Shown one piece after another: positions 58,690-63,675 of a DNA stretch of 63,675 nucleotides (positions are counted from its first letter, which is position 1; each line of letters begins with the position of its first letter). The notes under the pieces were generated by a model that was not told the DNA's origin, ran no database searches, and saw nothing but the letters and a program-made list of their open reading frames with translations. The DNA comes from an uncultured SAR324 cluster bacterium (GTDB taxonomy: Bacteria > SAR324 > NAC60-12). The translations under genes and the position numbers were made by a program. The DNA lies in NCBI GenBank assembly GCA_902564345.1, contig CACFAY010000005.1, positions 1-63,675 of the forward strand. The letters are read 5' to 3'.

Positions 58690-60926
58690 TTTTCCCCTGA
58701 TAAAGCAGCAATATCTTTTTTCTTAAAATAAACTTCACGGAACACAACCTCTCCCAAACAAAGTGGCACAATCCTAAATTCCAATGTGCTTAAAGTATTT
58801 AAAAAAATTTCATGGTCAATTTGTTTGCCTATTTTTTGCAAATCAGCATCGGTAAAATAAGTTTCAGACAACATTCCATTTTCTTTAGAGAATATTTCCA
58901 ATTTTAGACAGGGATCAACATTATTAGTAAATAATGTCTTTTCAAATCGAAAACTGAATTGATAATTCCCTTTATCGAAAACCTCATTAGGTCCTGACAA
59001 GATGGGCCTGTTAATATCATTTTCCGTCAAAATAAATTTTAAATTATTGTTCACTTCTAAAGTCCTCAAATCTGAATTAAATACATGCATCAACTGATGT
59101 GAATACTTTCCTTGAGGCGGAGTATTGTTAATAAATTCTCCAAACACTTTTTGGTTAAAATTTTTAACACCAATAACTTCATATATATCCCCTATTTCTT
59201 CAGAAAATAATTTTTTTAGTCCAAAAGCATTTTTGTAAAAAATTGGGTTAAAATTTACATTACTTGCATGAGGAAGTTTCTCTGGGTTATTCCAAACAAT
59301 GATGTATTTGATGCCTGCTTTCTTGATAGTTTCTAAAGTTTTTATATTTGGATTATTGACCTGGCGTGACCACCAACTTAGTCCAACATTTCTATAACTT
59401 TTGCCAGACATAAAATTTACTATTTCATTACCATGATATGCTGCATGTAAGCCATGAATATATGTTGTTTCCACAAGGACATTTTCTGGATAGTAAGGTA
59501 TCTCCATCGTCATTCCCTTTGGAAGGTCTTGTAGTTTTTTTACAAATTTTATGGATTCTGGCATAGGTTGTACTGTCCAACGGTCCCATGGCCTAAAATT
59601 TACAAATCTGGCATCAGCAATAGAAGCCAAGAATGGTAAAATCATTAAAGGTGGTAAAATGAATTTTACTATTCGGTTAGAATAAGTGTTAATAATACTC
59701 CTTGAAAACTCATTTATTACGGTTCCAAATATTAAAATCAAAAAAATATTTCCTAAATTCATTGCTCTTTCGTTTACTCTGAAACCTGTTCCATATTCAA
59801 TATGTAAATTAACAAATGAAATATTACCAAAAATTGGATGTTCTGGATGAATACATATAATAATTGTTAAAAAATACAAAAATAATAATGGTGAAAATTT
59901 ACGAAATAGGTTCTTTAATTTGATTCTGCCAAATAACATGCTGTACAAAATTACAAATAAAGCAAAAAATAATATAATATTAAAACCAATTCTATAAGAG
60001 AATTCTCCGCCATTACGTGAAAAATAATTTGTTTTTGCTATCCATTCATTAATTAATGTGAAAAGTTCAAAATTTGAAGTAAATAATTCAAGTGGATTAT
60101 ATAGTACGTATTGAAGATATTCTGACCTATGGATTATCCGTGAGGGATAAGAAAAACTTATATCAAACTTTGAAATTAATGGACCCAGAAACGTAAAAGG
60201 ATAAATAAAGGCTAAAGTTACAAAAAAAGATGATGCGCAATAAATTCCATTTTTCAATGTGAATATTAAATATGTTTTTCTCCAAACAATAATAAAATAG
60301 TAAATCACACTTATTTCAAGCACAAATAACCCATAATACTCGTTTGTGGTAAATGAGAATGCTACTACAATACCGAGTATAATTGTTTTCTTTAAAGAGT
60401 TTGGATTTTTTGTGGCTTCAAACAAAAATATAATAGCTATTATAAAACCAAAATATGCTGCTAAATTGAGGTGTCCAGTAATTCTAAAGTCAAAATTATC
60501 TAAACTAACTATAAATAAAGCACACATAAAGGAGTAGTAGGGATTTATTTTAAGATACCTTGCTAATAGATAAGCACTCACTCCATTTAATACAAATAGT
60601 AAAACTACACAAATATCATAAATATTATCAGGTTCATAATTTGAAAGAGAAAATACTACAAATCTCCAAAATATATTCATGAGTTTTGGAGCACTATAAC
60701 CTCCACCATATTTTGGATACCAACGATCTACTAATAATTGCCAAAGTCCATCTTGGTAAAGACTTTTATTGAAGCCATAGAAATCAGCAATCGTACCATG
60801 TCCATCTCCTGGGAAAGCAAACGTTTTGTAATCATTCTTGAAAGCATCATGTGATCTAAAAATACCTAATACAAAAAATATTAAAAATATTAATAATAAT
60901 ATAAAATTATTTTTACGGGAAAACAT
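58686..60926 (-). CDS. Large polytopic membrane protein (GT-C-like) with soluble C-terminal domain
   Basis: About 13 predicted TM helices over the first ~440 aa, then a ~300-aa hydrophilic domain. ATGA overlap with wzt. Confidence 0.4.
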   Translation of the reverse strand: MFSRKNNFILLLIFLIFFVLGIFRSHDAFKNDYKTFAFPGDGHGTIADFYGFNKSLYQDGLWQLLVDRWYPKYGGGYSAPKLMNIFWRFVVFSLSNYEPDNIYDICVVLLFVLNGVSAYLLARYLKINPYYSFMCALFIVSLDNFDFRITGHLNLAAYFGFIIAIIFLFEATKNPNSLKKTIILGIVVAFSFTTNEYYGLFVLEISVIYYFIIVWRKTYLIFTLKNGIYCASSFFVTLAFIYPFTFLGPLISKFDISFSYPSRIIHRSEYLQYVLYNPLELFTSNFELFTLINEWIAKTNYFSRNGGEFSYRIGFNIILFFALFVILYSMLFGRIKLKNLFRKFSPLLFLYFLTIIICIHPEHPIFGNISFVNLHIEYGTGFRVNERAMNLGNIFLILIFGTVINEFSRSIINTYSNRIVKFILPPLMILPFLASIADARFVNFRPWDRWTVQPMPESIKFVKKLQDLPKGMTMEIPYYPENVLVETTYIHGLHAAYHGNEIVNFMSGKSYRNVGLSWWSRQVNNPNIKTLETIKKAGIKYIIVWNNPEKLPHASNVNFNPIFYKNAFGLKKLFSEEIGDIYEVIGVKNFNQKVFGEFINNTPPQGKYSHQLMHVFNSDLRTLEVNNNLKFILTENDINRPILSGPNEVFDKGNYQFSFRFEKTLFTNNVDPCLKLEIFSKENGMLSETYFTDADLQKIGKQIDHEIFLNTLSTLEFRIVPLCLGEVVFREVYFKKKDIAALSGEK

Positions 60927-61023
60927 ATCTACTTAGTTGTGAATAAAGATAGAGACATTAACAATTGAGTATAAAAAATAAATTTAAAAATATTAATTTT
61001 GATTTATTATTAAAATTTGTTTT

Positions 61024-61824
61024 TTAGTAAGAGATCAATAACTTCCTTAAAATATCCATAATTCTAACTCTAATTTTCCATGGCACTTTTATCATCAAAT
61101 TAAAATAAAACACTTGTAAAATACTTTTTAAATTAGTCAGACGTGATAACATTTCTCGTTTTTCGATTTCTAAATAAACTTCTTGTTCTTTGCAGTATTG
61201 GACTGCTTCTGGCAGCCAACTCCCTTTTTCTAAAACATGTATAACTGAAAATAAAGGTTTTTTTAGACAATAAAATCCTTCCTCATTAATCGTTCTATAG
61301 GAACCTTTTATTTCAAAATCCCAAGGACTTTCACCATCCATTAAGAGACTGAGTAAATACTCTTTATCCCAATAGCCAACAACATTAACGCGATAGGGAG
61401 CCCCTTTCTCATACATACCTATTTCTTGATTGAGAAAGTTGTCTGGATTTGGATTTGGGACTATGTGTACATGCTTAGCTTTATTATTTTCGATGAATTT
61501 TATATGTTTATTTATTTCTACGAGATCAATTTTGGTAGTGATAAATAAATCCTCTAGTAAAAGCAATATATATTTATTGGGAATTTGTTTCAAAATAGTT
61601 CTACAGCTTGTAGACCAATCTACATCTTCACCTGAGTAAATCACTTTGACTTTACTGCCCTGGTACTTAACTCTATTACAGCCAAGATACACTTGATGTA
61701 GGCCATTATAATTTTTCCAGAATAGTGAAAAGTATGGTTCCCATAAATCAGAATTCTTATCACAGGATAAAATCAATATTCCTAAATGATCTTTCATATC
61801 ATTTTCTCTATAATATTTTAACAA
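61024..61824 (-). CDS. Hypothetical protein, possibly a GT-A-like transferase
   Basis: ILILSCDKN... and LLLLEDLF pattern. No confident family assignment. Confidence 0.35.
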   Translation of the reverse strand: MLKYYRENDMKDHLGILILSCDKNSDLWEPYFSLFWKNYNGLHQVYLGCNRVKYQGSKVKVIYSGEDVDWSTSCRTILKQIPNKYILLLLEDLFITTKIDLVEINKHIKFIENNKAKHVHIVPNPNPDNFLNQEIGMYEKGAPYRVNVVGYWDKEYLLSLLMDGESPWDFEIKGSYRTINEEGFYCLKKPLFSVIHVLEKGSWLPEAVQYCKEQEVYLEIEKREMLSRLTNLKSILQVFYFNLMIKVPWKIRVRIMDILRKLLISY

Positions 61825-62034
61825 ATTTTACTATGTCCTATTTGTATATTATTTTTATTATTATTTCAAAAAATGTTATTTATAAATACATATACTTAAT
61901 TTGATAAAATTTATATAACATGAAATTATTTAATATAAAATTGTATAATAAATAAACATAAAAAATTGAGAACTATATTATCATGTAAATTATCTAACAA
62001 ATGCTATAAATTAACTTATAGATAAAGGTGACAA

Positions 62035-63297
62035 TTATTTTTTTTTGATAAATTTATCAATACTTACAGATTTTAATATTAATCTAACAATATTAAAAAA
62101 GAGCAAAATAAATAGGAAAATAGTCATTATAAAAATAAATTGATTGATATTATCAATTTTGATTAAAAACAAAATTATAGAAAAAAATAATATTGCAAAA
62201 AAATAAATATATTGTGCTAAATAGTTTCCCCTCGCAAGATTGATAGTAAAGATTAAATTTAACATAGCAACAATAACATAAATAACAGATAGCATAGGTA
62301 AGTAAGAGCTCTCAGATGCATTAGAACTAAAAATTATTTGAAGTAAAAAGTCTGGAGCTATCCAGCATATTAAACTAAATATTCCAGCTATACCCCCGGA
62401 AATTAACAGAGCTGTTCTAACTAGATGTTTAGGTTGCTTCGTTGCTTCTATTGTGATTTCAGGCAATAACACCATAGTCAGTGCACTGGTTATAAATAAT
62501 CCTATTCTTGCAATAATTGTTTCTTGAGTGAAATACCCTGTAATAACTGGATCAAAGTGGTGCTTGATGACAATAATATCAATGTTTGTAAGTATAGCTA
62601 TGCTTGTCCAAGTTAGAAAAGAGGGATATAGAAAATTCAATTCTTGTTTCCTCTTAAATGTCTTTAACTTTGAGGTCTCTTCATGAGGAATCTTTTGAAT
62701 AAGCAAATAAACCAAATAACCTCCAACCAAGGCCGATAAAGCATGGGAAAAGCTCAATGCGCCTACTGTATAAAGGGCATATCCCATACCACTAACGAGT
62801 AGTCCCCATGTTGATAATACTCGTACAATACTCAAAGTTAAACCTAGTAAGTTTGACATGGCATGATGGCCTAGTCCATTGAGGAAACCTTGATAGAATG
62901 TAAGGAGATGAACAAAGATCATTCCGCAAAGAAAGGCAAAGACTTCATAATTTGATTCTAACTTTAAAAATTGGGCAATTAAATCAACTATGAGCAGTAA
63001 TACAACCATCCCTAGCCCACTCCATAAAAAAATATTTTTACTCCAACGTAGCATTAAACTTCTTGCCCCCATTCGATTAAAACGCATTGGAGCAGCATAC
63101 TTAGCTCCCAATGACATAAGCATCATAGTTCCTGAAGTAAGAATAACCCCCAGACTTAAAACAGCATTATGTATTCCGTATTCTTCTGGACTAAGATATC
63201 TTCCAATTACAATTTGAATTAGGTAATTGAAAAAATTTCCAGCATTAGACAGAAAAAGAACAAATATTGAACTTTTTAGGAATTTATAATGAATCAC
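62035..63297 (-). CDS. Second Wzx/MOP-like flippase
   Basis: Polytopic. N-terminus ...FFNYLIQIVIGRYLSPEEYG. Confidence 0.55.
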   Translation of the reverse strand: MIHYKFLKSSIFVLFLSNAGNFFNYLIQIVIGRYLSPEEYGIHNAVLSLGVILTSGTMMLMSLGAKYAAPMRFNRMGARSLMLRWSKNIFLWSGLGMVVLLLIVDLIAQFLKLESNYEVFAFLCGMIFVHLLTFYQGFLNGLGHHAMSNLLGLTLSIVRVLSTWGLLVSGMGYALYTVGALSFSHALSALVGGYLVYLLIQKIPHEETSKLKTFKRKQELNFLYPSFLTWTSIAILTNIDIIVIKHHFDPVITGYFTQETIIARIGLFITSALTMVLLPEITIEATKQPKHLVRTALLISGGIAGIFSLICWIAPDFLLQIIFSSNASESSYLPMLSVIYVIVAMLNLIFTINLARGNYLAQYIYFFAILFFSIILFLIKIDNINQFIFIMTIFLFILLFFNIVRLILKSVSIDKFIKKK

Positions 63298-63675
63298 TCT
63301 GCACCATTTAAAATGCGAGATTCATTAAGATTGAGTGTTCGACGGACCGAGTAAAGAGGACGATTTTGCACCTCGGAATAAATTTTACTTAGGTATAATG
63401 ACATTAAGCCTAAGGTGGTTAAAATTACGCCAGTTAAAACAAGATTACTCACTACAATAAAAGCCAATGGAGTAATTCCCCAATCATTATCTGCAATTAA
63501 AGTGACAACTATCATCCAAGATAATACAAGACCAGAAATTACAGTAATGCTCACTCCAAATAGACCAATGAGTTTGAGAGGTATGGAAGAATAAGAAATA
63601 AAACTATTAAGTGCCAGATTCAGCAACTTTGCATAGGAGTAAACTGGAGCACCATGCTGTCTTGGTGGTGCAACA
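63294..63675 (-). CDS. GT2 polyprenol-phosphate glycosyltransferase (GtrB/ArnC-like), C-terminal part; the gene continues past the window end
   Basis: The reading frame is open to 63675 (..HGAPVYSYAKLLNLALNSFISYSSIPLKL), followed by two C-terminal TM helices. Confidence 0.6.
   Translation of the reverse strand, partial: VAPPRQHGAPVYSYAKLLNLALNSFISYSSIPLKLIGLFGVSITVISGLVLSWMIVVTLIADNDWGITPLAFIVVSNLVLTGVILTTLGLMSLYLSKIYSEVQNRPLYSVRRTLNLNESRILNGAE

Noticed and set aside
38738-63675. Whether the AT-rich glycan cluster is a mobile genomic island.
   Set aside because: No integrase, transposase, tRNA attachment site or flanking direct repeats are visible in the window. Lower GC is common for O-antigen and EPS loci and does not demonstrate mobility.

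Overview
Visibly AT-rich chromosomal window from a diderm (Gram-negative), probably marine, bacterium. I found no rRNA, tRNA, CRISPR array, transposase or integrase. There are four blocks. (1) 0.1-18.2 kb holds mixed housekeeping and accessory genes: MORN-repeat proteins, an APH-type kinase, a membrane desaturase, a TSUP permease, a GAF-adenylate cyclase, MOSC and DUF4174 proteins, a complete zinc-uptake locus (znuA, divergent znuCB, zur) with recognisable Zur boxes, OsmC and peroxiredoxin-like genes, and the glutathione-dependent formaldehyde detoxification pair. (2) 18.2-26.8 kb is gene-poor and partly decayed. It holds a MORN pseudogene, a BNR-propeller gene fragment, small unannotated membrane peptides, a recurring palindromic operator-like motif and a duplicated ~150-nt element. 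It also holds a Zur-box-preceded COG0523 GTPase operon carrying two paralogous unknown proteins, and a 7-blade BNR-propeller lipoprotein gene. (3) 27-38.6 kb is a cell-envelope, division and shape block (ftsB-like, bactofilin, M23 peptidase, ftsQ, murB, rsfS, TIGR01212 radical SAM, rodZ) followed by trxA, truA and uvrB. (4) 38.7 kb to the window end is a >25 kb, almost entirely minus-strand surface-glycan cluster. It holds a B12/radical-SAM enzyme, GT9, methyltransferases, GT2/GT4 fusion enzymes, cysD-cysNC (PAPS synthesis), two Wzx-like flippases, a Wzm/Wzt ABC exporter, a WaaL-like protein and a large GT-C-like membrane protein. Best candidates for new biology: the zinc-regulated COG0523 plus double-paralog operon, the PAPS-linked glycan cluster with no recognisable sulfotransferase, the sigma-region-4-only/MORN gene pair, and the conserved micro-ORF element and small peptides in the decayed region.
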